Positions 8,948 to 18,062 are shown, numbered from the stretch's first letter. The stretch is 64,000 bases of DNA from Candidatus Heimdallarchaeum aukensis (GCA_021513695.1 CP084166.1:2272001-2336000); one strand, 5' to 3'. Notes: generated by a model from the letters alone, not told the origin. Program-made: numbers and translations.

Positions 8948-10872
8948 TTTGTTTCACCTTTTTTGAGTTTGAGTTTTTTCTTTACTATAGCTAAAGAACC
9001 AGATGACATTTTATTCATGTCAACACCAGCAATAAGTGCACGAGCAGTGGCCAAAACACAACCTGAATTAACAATAAATATTTCATCAGATGGAAGAATA
9101 AATTCAGAAGCGTGATTACAACCAGGGGCGTAGATAGAACTACCTGTGATGGTCTCTGCAGCAAAATCTAAGTTGACGAGAGAGTAATCGAGAATCTCTT
9201 GAGCTGCTGCTGGCTGGAGAGAAAGAAAACCTGTACGGGAAAGATATGTGGCTATAAGTTTTTTTTCTCTGAATATCTGGATGTCTCTAGGATATTTACC
9301 ACGAGTGCGAATTGGAGAAGAAAAGAGAATATTACCTGAGCCAGGACCGTATTGGTAATCTGCCGTAGCAATGAGTTTGCGGAGAAAAGGAGATAGATTG
9401 TGAGATGAATTGGAGTCAGTAAGGTCCAAAGAAGAAAAAACTTCGCGTAGGGTTGAAGAAAGATTAGAAAGAGATGAAGAACTAGTTGGACGATCAGATA
9501 TGGAAGTATGATATACAGTCAAATTCAAAGAATTAGAAACACGTTCAACTATATCAGAGTAACCTTGACCATATGTGTGATTAATAAGAATAATGTTTTC
9601 TGGAAACTTAGAAAGAACATCAATGAGAAGAGACGAAGTGACAGCTATTTCTTCTTCTGACCAGAAACCTGAAACTGGTATATCATAAAAACGAGGAGGA
9701 TAAAGAGATTCGAGTTCACGAGGAACAACAGAAAGCGGAGAGGTAATTATTAACTCTGAAAGAAATGGTAAAAAGGATTTTCCTGCTTGACGGAGAGATT
9801 GAATAAAAAGTGAATGAGAGCGAGAAAGAGAATAAGGTTTTCTTGCAGAACAAGGAAAAAGAATTACAACTCGAGTTTGAGGAGATGGATTAAAGCGTTC
9901 TCGAACACGATGTCGGAAAAGTTCAACTTCAGGACGATTAAGCGATGAAGAGCTAGTACAAACTAAAGAAGTAGACTGTTGAGCTGGAAAGCGAGAAAGG
10001 AAGGTAGAGGAATAGTTACGGTCGAAGTAATTGAGAGTCGAAGAAAGAAGGGGTGAAGAATGAACATCGCGTTCTACTAAAGTACGAAGGTTATCAGACT
10101 CCAAAAAGAAACGGATTTGAGAAAGTTTGTTAGCCATGACTTGAAGATTGTGTCCTAGGATGTCGGGAGGAGAAGAGCGGCAGAAAGAACAATAACATTC
10201 TGGATGATTAGAAAGAGGATAAACAGAATCAGAAGTGAGGAAAAAACCTCGTTCTGAGAGATAGTAAGCAAGAGAATCGTCGAAAAAGTCTATACCTGAA
10301 TAGACAAGAAAAGAATAATAGGCGGGGGCAATTGGACCAGGAACATATAGAGCTATATCTGGAGAAAGTCGAGAGCGTAGAGAAACAAATAATTCAGAAA
10401 GTTTACGCTGATTGTTAAAGAGAGAAGAAAGACCAGTAAGAACAAAAAAAGAACAGTCAGTAGATAAAACATCTTCTAATAGAGGAGAATCGAAGAAAGT
10501 ATAAGGTAAAGTAAAAATTTGAGAATGAAGGTCTGGGAGAGATAGAAAAGAGGTAACATATTCAGAAAAAGATGATTCTGACAGAGTAGATGAAACAAAC
10601 GAAGGGTAAAATGGTTGAGATGAAAGTGTAAAAGAAGAAGAAAGAACTCGCTCGGAAAGGTGAGGTGGAAAAGACCATCGTAACTGGAAAGAAGAATCTA
10701 AGTCAGAAAAACGGGGAGGAAAAGAAGAATCAAAAAAACCTGAAAAGCCAAAATTAGAAGGTTTGTTACCAGAATTGAAAGAGAGAAGACCTGGTGCGAG
10801 GATATGAGAAGTACGAGTCTCAGCTAAAAGGCGAGAAAAACCAAAGGCAGAGAGAGGTTGAAAGAAACGCAA
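8944..10872 (-). CDS. arcS: Archaeosine synthase ArcS (TGT-like catalytic domain + ArcS-specific domain + PUA)
   Basis: TGT-type zinc site CxCxxC...H (HPECYCSFC). ArcS-specific PCxxxKPY motif (FPCSARKPY). TGT-like YVPGPIAP...GIDFFDD segment. C-terminal PUA-like region. Strongly Ser/Leu/Phe-rich. Confidence 0.7.
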   Translation of the reverse strand: MRFFQPLSAFGFSRLLAETRTSHILAPGLLSFNSGNKPSNFGFSGFFDSSFPPRFSDLDSSFQLRWSFPPHLSERVLSSSFTLSSQPFYPSFVSSTLSESSFSEYVTSFLSLPDLHSQIFTLPYTFFDSPLLEDVLSTDCSFFVLTGLSSLFNNQRKLSELFVSLRSRLSPDIALYVPGPIAPAYYSFLVYSGIDFFDDSLAYYLSERGFFLTSDSVYPLSNHPECYCSFCRSSPPDILGHNLQVMANKLSQIRFFLESDNLRTLVERDVHSSPLLSSTLNYFDRNYSSTFLSRFPAQQSTSLVCTSSSSLNRPEVELFRHRVRERFNPSPQTRVVILFPCSARKPYSLSRSHSLFIQSLRQAGKSFLPFLSELIITSPLSVVPRELESLYPPRFYDIPVSGFWSEEEIAVTSSLLIDVLSKFPENIILINHTYGQGYSDIVERVSNSLNLTVYHTSISDRPTSSSSLSNLSSTLREVFSSLDLTDSNSSHNLSPFLRKLIATADYQYGPGSGNILFSSPIRTRGKYPRDIQIFREKKLIATYLSRTGFLSLQPAAAQEILDYSLVNLDFAAETITGSSIYAPGCNHASEFILPSDEIFIVNSGCVLATARALIAGVDMNKMSSGSLAIVKKKLKLKKGETK

Positions 10873-11055
10873 AAATTACACCTAATAAAAGAAAATAAAA
10901 GAAGATTAAAAAGAATACGATTAGAAAGAAAAGAAAGACGGAACATTAGAAATAATTAAAACGATTTATATAAAATTTAAAATAAAAAAGGCTAATACTC
11001 TTGAGAAAAAATCAGTTGTATAATAAAAAAAGCAAAAGAAAAACTTTTCAAAAGT

Positions 11056-11096
11056 AACGAAAATTTTAAAACAGTTAAAAAAGTAGAAGTATCAGA
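11056..11096 (+). promoter_or_regulatory. Copy 1 of a 41-bp direct repeat (aacgaaaattttaaaacagttaaaaaagtagaagtatcaga) upstream of tRNA-Lys(CTT). Contains a TATA-like tttaaaa.
   Basis: Exact repeat of 11275..11315. Downstream flanks remain similar for ~25 nt more. The position fits an archaeal tRNA promoter cassette. Confidence 0.6.
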
Positions 11097-11132
11097 AAAG
11101 CCTAAAACTTGCGAAAACGAGCGTTTTAGATG

Positions 11133-11209
11133 GGCCTCGTGGCTTAGTTAGGTAAAGCAACGGACTCTTAATCCGTCGATCAGGGGTTCAAATCCCCTCG
11201 AGGTCACCA
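11133..11209 (+). tRNA. tRNA-Lys(CTT), 77 nt with encoded CCA
   Basis: Manual fold: acceptor GGCCTCG/CGAGGTC; D stem GCTT/AAGC; anticodon stem ACGGA/TCCGT with loop CTCTTAA (anticodon CTT at 11167-11169); T arm AGGGG-TTCAAAT-CCCCT; discriminator A + CCA. Confidence 0.9.
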
Positions 11210-11217
11210 ATTTTTTA
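11210..11217 (+). terminator. Oligo-T tract (attttttag) directly after tRNA-Lys(CTT). Archaeal-type terminator.
   Basis: A T6 run immediately 3' of the tRNA. Confidence 0.4.
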
Positions 11218-11274
11218 GATTGTTCTTTTAAATAAGTTTGAATCCTCTACAATCCATTTTTGATTTTATTCTTA

Positions 11275-11315
11275 AACGAAAATTTTAAAACAGTTAAAAA
11301 AGTAGAAGTATCAGA
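11275..11315 (+). promoter_or_regulatory. Copy 2 of the 41-bp promoter-cassette direct repeat, upstream of tRNA-Lys(TTT)
   Basis: Identical to 11056..11096. Confidence 0.6.
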
Positions 11316-11347
11316 CATGCTTAAGACTTGAGAAAACAACATTCTCG

Positions 11348-11455
11348 GGGCTTGTAGCTCAGCTAGGTAGAGCAGCAGGCTTTTAAGCTTTCTGCGAGCC
11401 ATGCAAAAGCGCTGACACCTGTCGGCCATGGGTTCGAATCCCATCAAGCCCGCCA
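11348..11455 (+). tRNA. tRNA-Lys(TTT) with a ~31-nt intron in the anticodon loop (approx. 11386..11416). Encoded CCA.
   Basis: Acceptor GGGCTTG/CAAGCCC; D stem GCTC/GAGC; anticodon stem GCAGG...CCTGT interrupted after position 37; anticodon TTT at 11382-11384; T arm ATGGG-TTCGAAT-CCCAT; discriminator G + CCA. Confidence 0.85.
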
Positions 11456-11556
11456 AACTCTTTTTACCTTGTTTGAAAAGAAATCAAGAAGAGATACTAT
11501 AAAGTCAAAAATTTTTTTCAACATATTTTAATAATTTATTATTTTCTATATCTTGC

Positions 11557-12606
11557 ATGAAAACTACTCATGAAATTATATACTCCTCTTCTAGCTCTCT
11601 TCCTTCTATTCTTTCAAGTAGTGTTAATATTGTTGTCACTTCTCCCCCTTATCCAATGATTGAGATGTGGGATGAGCTTTTTTTTAATCTTAATCCTGAA
11701 ATCAAAACTTCTTTAACCTCTTATCCATCTTTAGCTTTTGAGCTTATGCATTTAGAGCTTGACAAAACTTGGAATGAAATTGATCGTCTTCTCAAACCTG
11801 GTTCGATTGTTTGCATAAACATTGGTGATGCAACGCGAAAGATTGATGGTAACTTTGCTCTTTATTCTAATAGTTCTCGAATAATCAGAAAATTTCTTGA
11901 ATTGGGCTATTTTTGTTTACCTTCTATTCTGTGGCGCAAACAAACTAACTCTCCCACCAAATTTATGGGGTCAGGCATGCTTCCTCCCGGTGCCTATGTA
12001 ACTTTAGAACATGAGCACATCTTGCTTTTCCGTAAAGGTTCTAAGCGAGAGTTTAATTCTTCCGAATCTAAATTGAATCGTCGTCGTAGCGCTTATTTTT
12101 GGGAAGAACGTAACCTTTGGTTTTCTGATATTTGGGAGTTTAAAGGCGTAAGTCAAAAACTAAATTCTGAAGTTTTGCGCTCTCGTAGTGCTGCATATCC
12201 TTTTGAGTTAGCTTTTCGCCTTATTAACATGTTTTCAGTTCAAGGTGATACAGTTCTTGATCCTTTTTTAGGTACGGGAACAACTACTCTAGCAGCTATT
12301 ACTTCATGTCGTAACAGTATTGGTGTAGAAATTGATAAAAATTTCAAGGCTATTATTCTCGAAAGCATAAGAAAGGTAAAAGATTTTGCAAATGGTTATA
12401 TTGATAATCGTTTGCAGGCACATCTGGCTTTTGTTAAACAAAAAGAAGAAACACATTCCTTTAAGCATCGTAACTCTATTTATGGTTTTCCTGTTATGAC
12501 TGCACAAGAAACTGATCTTTACTTTCCTAAAATTAAAAATGTTAAAATAAAAGATGAATCGCTTTTCGAAATTATTTATAAAAATAAAGAAAAGATTTAT
12601 TCGTAA
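11557..12606 (+). CDS. DNA methyltransferase, beta-class amino-methyltransferase (N4-cytosine or N6-adenine); no cognate restriction enzyme nearby
   Basis: Motif IV SPPY (VVTSPPYP) precedes motif I (DPFLGTGTT). Atypical codon usage (TCT/CTT/CGT-rich). Confidence 0.8.
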   Translation: MKTTHEIIYSSSSSLPSILSSSVNIVVTSPPYPMIEMWDELFFNLNPEIKTSLTSYPSLAFELMHLELDKTWNEIDRLLKPGSIVCINIGDATRKIDGNFALYSNSSRIIRKFLELGYFCLPSILWRKQTNSPTKFMGSGMLPPGAYVTLEHEHILLFRKGSKREFNSSESKLNRRRSAYFWEERNLWFSDIWEFKGVSQKLNSEVLRSRSAAYPFELAFRLINMFSVQGDTVLDPFLGTGTTTLAAITSCRNSIGVEIDKNFKAIILESIRKVKDFANGYIDNRLQAHLAFVKQKEETHSFKHRNSIYGFPVMTAQETDLYFPKIKNVKIKDESLFEIIYKNKEKIYS

Positions 12607-13376
12607 AAATCATCTCTTGTTCCAAACTCTCTTTCTATTGCAGCGATTAGTGTTTCTATATTATGCATAGTTGTCGCGCTTATTGGAAACAGTTCACCTG
12701 TGTTTCTAAATTGTTCTATAGTTTGTATTATGTTCAATCCTAGTTGTTTTGATAATGATATTGTTTGTCCTCTTTCTATTTCTATTCCTATTGTTTCTGG
12801 TTCTTCTATCCATCTTTCTAATCTTTCTTTGTGATCTTTTTTTATTAAATCTGCTTTTGAAATTACGGGTATTTGAGGGAGTTCTAATTGGAATTCTACT
12901 GATAGGCTTAGTAATAATATGCTTGCTAAACCTTCAGGTTTTAGTACTAATGATGGATCTATTAGGAACACCGATACAGGTTCTCTGTTTTCTTTTAACA
13001 TATTAGCGATAAACTTTCCACTGCTTCTATATGCAAATAATTCTATTTGTCCTGGTGTGTCTACGATTAAATATTGAGGGTCAACGTACTCCACTTCTGA
13101 CATCAAATCATGTATTTTAGTTGCTATTAGGTCCATACTGGCTATCATCGCCCCATTTGGACCTAGGTTGTATTCGTTTACTATTTCATTTATGTCTACT
13201 ATATCTCTTACATCTATCGCAGGAGCGTAAGGTATTGTTCTTACACCCGCATCTAAGTTAAGTATACCTACATCTAACTTCTTTTCCGAGAACCAATCAA
13301 ATAATGTCCTTGTCAGAAAAGTTTTTCCTGCTCCCGCAGTTCCAAGTAGGTAAATTATGTATTTTCTATCTGGCAC
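12597..13376 (-). CDS. GPN-loop GTPase (Npa3/XAB1 family)
   Basis: P-loop GTAGAGKTF, a signature GPN loop (EYNLGPNGAMIAS), and DTPGQIE. Confidence 0.85.
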   Translation of the reverse strand: MPDRKYIIYLLGTAGAGKTFLTRTLFDWFSEKKLDVGILNLDAGVRTIPYAPAIDVRDIVDINEIVNEYNLGPNGAMIASMDLIATKIHDLMSEVEYVDPQYLIVDTPGQIELFAYRSSGKFIANMLKENREPVSVFLIDPSLVLKPEGLASILLLSLSVEFQLELPQIPVISKADLIKKDHKERLERWIEEPETIGIEIERGQTISLSKQLGLNIIQTIEQFRNTGELFPISATTMHNIETLIAAIEREFGTRDDFYE

Positions 13377-13379
13377 TTT

Positions 13380-14165
13380 TTATTCTCCTATTTCTGTTAT
13401 CTTTATTTTGGGTTGATTCTCTTTTATTTTATCCATCAAAAACCTTTTTGCTTTTGCGACTATTTTTTCTCCTTCTTCTCCAGAATATGAAAAATGAATT
13501 GTTATTCCTTTTCTTTCTCCAAATTGAGGATGAGATTTAACATACAGTTTTTTAAATTTCTTCTTTGTTTGATTAATATAAGGTGCTATCTCACTTTCTC
13601 TACAGTTTTCTATCAGTATTTTACATTCTGTTATGCGGGTTTTTATTTTAGACGATAGGTAAGGGTGAATAGCCGTTGTGTATATAGATTTCACCTCCGT
13701 TGGGACACCAGGCAAACAGAATATCTCTGTTTTCTTATATTTTATTAAACATCCTGGCGCTGCTCCCGCACTGTTGTTTAGTATTTTTCCTCCTTCAGGT
13801 ATCATTGCCATCTTTCTTCTCTCTTCACTCATTTCTAATCCATACTTTTCATAATGCTCTTTTATTAACTCTAAGGCTTCTTTATTTTCTATAAGTCTCT
13901 TTCCTGTTACTCTTGATATAACTTCCATTTGTATATCATCATATGTTGGACCCAATCCACCTGTGACAATCAATATTTCTGGTTCTCTCTCTATGACTTC
14001 TTTAATGCACTCGCTTGCTTGTTCTAGATCATCCCTTACACTAGTTATTCTTCTTACTTCTATTCCTAATCTGGTTAGCTGTTCTCCAAGGTAAGTTGCG
14101 TTTGTATTAACAGTAATTCCCATTAGCAGTTCGTTTCCTAAACAAACAATCTCCGCTGTAACCAT
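13380..14165 (-). CDS. CinA-like molybdopterin-binding (MoCF_biosynth) domain protein
   Basis: N-terminal AEIVCLGNELLMG...LIVTGGLGPTYDDIQ pattern typical of CinA/MoaB-fold proteins. Confidence 0.6.
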   Translation of the reverse strand: MVTAEIVCLGNELLMGITVNTNATYLGEQLTRLGIEVRRITSVRDDLEQASECIKEVIEREPEILIVTGGLGPTYDDIQMEVISRVTGKRLIENKEALELIKEHYEKYGLEMSEERRKMAMIPEGGKILNNSAGAAPGCLIKYKKTEIFCLPGVPTEVKSIYTTAIHPYLSSKIKTRITECKILIENCRESEIAPYINQTKKKFKKLYVKSHPQFGERKGITIHFSYSGEEGEKIVAKAKRFLMDKIKENQPKIKITEIGE

Positions 14166-14195
14166 TTTTTTTCCTTCTTTACATTTTTCTAATTA

Positions 14196-15272
14196 TTATT
14201 TTGATCTGTTTACTCCCATTTTTGCTATTTCTATGAGATATTCTTTATACTTCTTTTCAAATGCAGGCTCTGCTTTTTCAATAAACAATTTACATGTTGA
14301 GAATAATTCTTCTGCTTTTGCTTTAGCATAATCTAAAGCTCCTGTTTCTCTCATAATGTCTTTTATTTCTTCTATTTCTTCTTTTGTTGCATTTCTTTTC
14401 CCAATTACTTGTTTGAGTTTGTCTTTTTCTTTGTCATTCGCATTTTCTATTGTCTTTATTAGTAAAATTGTTTTTTTTCCTTCTTTAATATCGCTATCTA
14501 CTGGTTTTCCTGTTTTCATTTCATCTCCAAACGTACCAATGATGTCATCTACAATCTGGAAAGCTATTCCCATATTTCTTGCATAGGATGACAAAGCTTT
14601 AAGTTGCGTTTCTTCTGCTTCTGCATAAATTGCTCCCATTTTTGTTGCTTTTTCAAATAACGCTGCTGTTTTTCCATTTATCATTTCAAAATATTGCTTT
14701 TCTGTTACTTCAAATCTCCCTTGCATGTCTGTTTCATAGATGACCCCTTTTACAACTTCCATAAATCCCTTATTAAATTCTGAAGCTGCTTTTATCATTA
14801 TATCTGGTTTGAAATCTACTCTGTTTAGTGCTTTGTATGCTAAATTATAAACAAAATCTCCCCCTAGTATCCCCATGGCTAGGCCATAATCTTCAGGTTG
14901 AACATTCTTTTTGGGATAATTTTGCTTTGAATAATCTCTTAAAACTACATGAAAAGCTTTTTTTCCTCTTCTTGTTTCAGCAAAATCCATTATGTCATCA
15001 TGAATTAAACTAGCATTATGAAGAAGCTCTATCGATAATGAAGCAGGATAAATGGATTCATTGAAGTTAGTGTTTAAACAAGCTTCATAGGAAAGTAACA
15101 TAAGTACTGGTCTTATCCTTTTTCCTCCTGAAAATAGAAAATTATTAACTTCTTGAACATAATATTCTAAAAAAGGATTGTCCTTACATGCAGCAATTTC
15201 TTCGTTTATAAACTGTGTAAGTGCAATATTTACTTGTTCCATTTTTTTAGTGTAGAAACCTTTGAAATTCAT
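14196..15272 (-). CDS. Polyprenyl diphosphate synthase (GGPP synthase-like, trans-isoprenyl diphosphate synthase)
   Basis: First and second Asp-rich motifs LIHDDIMD and QIVDDIIG, plus GKxxxxD. Confidence 0.85.
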   Translation of the reverse strand: MNFKGFYTKKMEQVNIALTQFINEEIAACKDNPFLEYYVQEVNNFLFSGGKRIRPVLMLLSYEACLNTNFNESIYPASLSIELLHNASLIHDDIMDFAETRRGKKAFHVVLRDYSKQNYPKKNVQPEDYGLAMGILGGDFVYNLAYKALNRVDFKPDIMIKAASEFNKGFMEVVKGVIYETDMQGRFEVTEKQYFEMINGKTAALFEKATKMGAIYAEAEETQLKALSSYARNMGIAFQIVDDIIGTFGDEMKTGKPVDSDIKEGKKTILLIKTIENANDKEKDKLKQVIGKRNATKEEIEEIKDIMRETGALDYAKAKAEELFSTCKLFIEKAEPAFEKKYKEYLIEIAKMGVNRSK

Positions 15273-15420
15273 TAACTATCCCTTGATATTTTGAGAGAAA
15301 GGTAATATTATTAATTTTTTTCTAAGAATTTATCCTTATCTGTATTTTCCATTTTTTTAAATTAAAAAATCCTTTATCCCAATTTATTTAAACTCTCTTT
15401 CCTTCCTTTATAAGAATAAT

Positions 15421-16050
15421 ATGCATTCCTATTTAAAAAAATTTCAAGAAGTTGCACAATCAATTGAAACAGAACTTAATAAAAAATCAACTTTAAAGGA
15501 AAAGTTGCTAAAGTTATCTCGTGATCTAGTAAAAACTTCTGGAAAAGTTATTTCAAATGTCCATTCAAAAAGAGTAAACGAAGCAGAACAGTTGCTCTCT
15601 ACTGCTATGTCACTTCACTCTCAGATCTGTGAGTTACTTTCTCAAGATCCGTCTTTTACAGATTCAGGATATATTTTAACAGCTTTACAAGAGTTTACTG
15701 AAGCCCACATTTTCTTCTCTTTGATTTCTAATTCTCCAATTCACTCTCCAACAGAGTTAAATGTAACTGATCAAGCTTACTTGTTAGGAATTGCAGATGT
15801 TATTGGAGAACTTCGGAGGCATATTCTTGAGATATTAATAAATGATAATATTGAGGAAGCAAAGAGGTTTTTTCAATTAATGAAAGACTTGTATGATATT
15901 TTCTTACAAATAGAAATCGACAAATCTTTGATCAGTGACTTTAGAAGAAAGCGGGACATGGCTAGAGTTTTGATAGAAAAAACTCTCTCCGATTTGTTTA
16001 TTGCAATTCAAAGTAAAAGATTAGAACTAAAAATGAAAGACTTAAGCTAA
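15421..16050 (+). CDS. Translin-family protein
   Basis: All-alpha ~209-aa protein with a YLLGIADVIGELRR segment closely matching the translin YLLGVADLTGELMR core. Confidence 0.6.
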   Translation: MHSYLKKFQEVAQSIETELNKKSTLKEKLLKLSRDLVKTSGKVISNVHSKRVNEAEQLLSTAMSLHSQICELLSQDPSFTDSGYILTALQEFTEAHIFFSLISNSPIHSPTELNVTDQAYLLGIADVIGELRRHILEILINDNIEEAKRFFQLMKDLYDIFLQIEIDKSLISDFRRKRDMARVLIEKTLSDLFIAIQSKRLELKMKDLS

Positions 16051-17423
16051 TCTCTTGTAATAATTAATACTCCCACATCCATTACGTTTGTACCAGTGTA
16101 TCCCGTGATTATTTCTCCATGGAATTTATGGAAAAAACTATTCGTATCATGCTTTTTTAAACTCTTTTTTGCCTCTTTTTTTCTTAGTCTGTTACTAATT
16201 GTAAACGGCCCTACAATTGCTCCAGCTGCCTCAGAATTTCCGTCAATACCATCAGTTCCAAATTCAATAAGATATGCTTTTTTATTCTTTCCTAGCTTTA
16301 ATACAAAAGACAGAGCTAACTCTTGATTTCTTCCGCCTTTTCCAATATTTTCTGTATTTTTAGGAAGTTCTACTGTGGTTTCTCCACCCCACAAAAAAAC
16401 TCTCTCTCGTGGATTTTTTTTCACATATTTTTTAGCTATCCACTTACCTATTTTTGCAGCCTTTCCTTCAATGTTGTATGAAATTATTTCTCCATCGATA
16501 TTGTTTTGCTCTAAAATGTTTTCTCTTAAATGGTTTAGAACTACTTGGTTGCTACCGATTAATACATTATTTACTTTACGGAATTTTTCTCTATCTTTCG
16601 GAGTTTCATAATTTTTTTGTTTATGTCTATCTTGTAGTATCTCTTTTACTTCTATTGGTAATTTCTTTTCAATTTTGTATTTTCTAATTATTCTTTTACA
16701 GTCTTCCCATGTTGTTGTATCCATAACCGTAGGACCTGAAGATATGTTTGTTGGGTCATTCCCTGGTACATCAGAGATAATAAATGAATAGATATTTGCA
16801 GATGTATAGTTAACTATTTTTCCCCCTTTGATTTGAGAAAAGTGTTTTCTTACAGTATTTATTTCATGTATTGTGGCACCACTTGATAATAAAAGTTTCA
16901 TTAACTTTACATAACTATCCATTTTGATTATTGGTAGTTCAAATAGAGATGATCCTCCTCCTGAGATGAGGAAAATGCAAACATCTTGTTCTTTTAATTT
17001 TGACAGTATTTCGATTGTTTTTTTGGCAGCTTTTATACTTTCATCATTTGGTATAGGATGTCCTCCCCTAAAAAAATGACAATTTGGGATATTTTTTATT
17101 TTATCACTTGGTTCATCAGGAGAAGAAATAAGTATCTGATTAAAGGAATAGGGGGCATTTGTTATAAACCAATTAGCCATTGTCTGTGCTGCTTTTCCAA
17201 ATGAAATTAAGTAAAAATTTGCATTTTTGTCAAATACAAATTTCTCTTTTTTGCATATCAAGCTATTTTCTTCAAATTTTATATTTCTATTCAAAAAAGA
17301 ACTCGGTTGTGCAAAATTTATAGCTTCTTCTGCTGTATCTAATAGAAGTTTTACATATTTTCTTTCCTTCTCATCTGAGATTTTTGATAGAATTTCTCTC
17401 TTATTTTTAATCCATTCACTCAT
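16047..17423 (-). CDS. Glycerate 2-kinase (MOFRL family)
   Basis: DUF4147/MOFRL architecture. GGETTVELPK...GKGGRNQELALS motif typical of GckA-type glycerate kinases. Confidence 0.75.
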   Translation of the reverse strand: MSEWIKNKREILSKISDEKERKYVKLLLDTAEEAINFAQPSSFLNRNIKFEENSLICKKEKFVFDKNANFYLISFGKAAQTMANWFITNAPYSFNQILISSPDEPSDKIKNIPNCHFFRGGHPIPNDESIKAAKKTIEILSKLKEQDVCIFLISGGGSSLFELPIIKMDSYVKLMKLLLSSGATIHEINTVRKHFSQIKGGKIVNYTSANIYSFIISDVPGNDPTNISSGPTVMDTTTWEDCKRIIRKYKIEKKLPIEVKEILQDRHKQKNYETPKDREKFRKVNNVLIGSNQVVLNHLRENILEQNNIDGEIISYNIEGKAAKIGKWIAKKYVKKNPRERVFLWGGETTVELPKNTENIGKGGRNQELALSFVLKLGKNKKAYLIEFGTDGIDGNSEAAGAIVGPFTISNRLRKKEAKKSLKKHDTNSFFHKFHGEIITGYTGTNVMDVGVLIITRD

Positions 17424-17426
17424 TCT

Positions 17427-18062
17427 TTACATCCTGATGTTCTTTTGGATAATTTCTTGCATAATTTTTGAGGTTGATTTTCCTGGAACATATTGATTTA
17501 ATCTGATTATCTTTATATGTTCTAATCTATTCTCTTTTAATCTATTCTTTAGATCTTCTTCATTGAATTTTTGGTCATAACCTAAAGCTATAATATCTGG
17601 CATTATCTGCTTTACTGTTAAAATGAAATCTTCTTCATTTCCAATAACTGCCACATCTACATCTTTTATGTGGGCTATTACTTGTGCTCGATCCTTTTGC
17701 GAATTTGTTGGTTCGCGTTTTTTTAATTTCCTAACATTATTATCTGTAGTTATAACTACAACAAGCACATCCCCTAGTAACTTTGCCTGTTTAAGGGTAA
17801 AAATATGCCCAATGTGAATGAGGTCAAATACTCCCCCAGTCATAACTACTGAAATTTGTTTCCTCCCAAATTCTGTCAACGATAAATCATTTTCGTCTTG
17901 TCTTGCCAAAGAACCATTTCTTATTAATTCGTTAACAGTTTCTTGGATAATCTCTACAGGCAGTTCTAATCTTCGAGCAAGGTTTATACTATTCGTCTTT
18001 CTTTTTACTAATATGTCACAATAAGCATGTCTTAGAATCAAATTATCAATTGAGCCTGTCAT
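17427..18062 (-). CDS. ribL: FAD synthetase RibL-like cytidylyltransferase fused to an N-terminal wHTH domain
   Basis: C-terminal half matches archaeal RibL (GGVFDLIHIGH nucleotidyltransferase motif, DIIALGYDQ). The N-terminal ~65 aa are predicted wHTH. Confidence 0.7.
   Translation of the reverse strand: MTGSIDNLILRHAYCDILVKRKTNSINLARRLELPVEIIQETVNELIRNGSLARQDENDLSLTEFGRKQISVVMTGGVFDLIHIGHIFTLKQAKLLGDVLVVVITTDNNVRKLKKREPTNSQKDRAQVIAHIKDVDVAVIGNEEDFILTVKQIMPDIIALGYDQKFNEEDLKNRLKENRLEHIKIIRLNQYVPGKSTSKIMQEIIQKNIRM

Noticed and set aside
8900-9115. Plus-strand ORFs inside arcS/RaSEA (8900-9115, 8668-8865)
   Set aside because: Short antisense frames within a long motif-supported minus-strand ORF. 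The purine-rich plus strand is stop-rich elsewhere.
11247-11456. 69-aa minus-strand ORF
   Set aside because: Lies entirely antisense to tRNA-Lys(TTT) and its promoter cassette; the region is explained by the tRNA.
12749-13006. Leu/Phe-rich 85-aa plus-strand ORF
   Set aside because: Antisense to the GPN-loop GTPase; hydrophobic low-complexity artefact.
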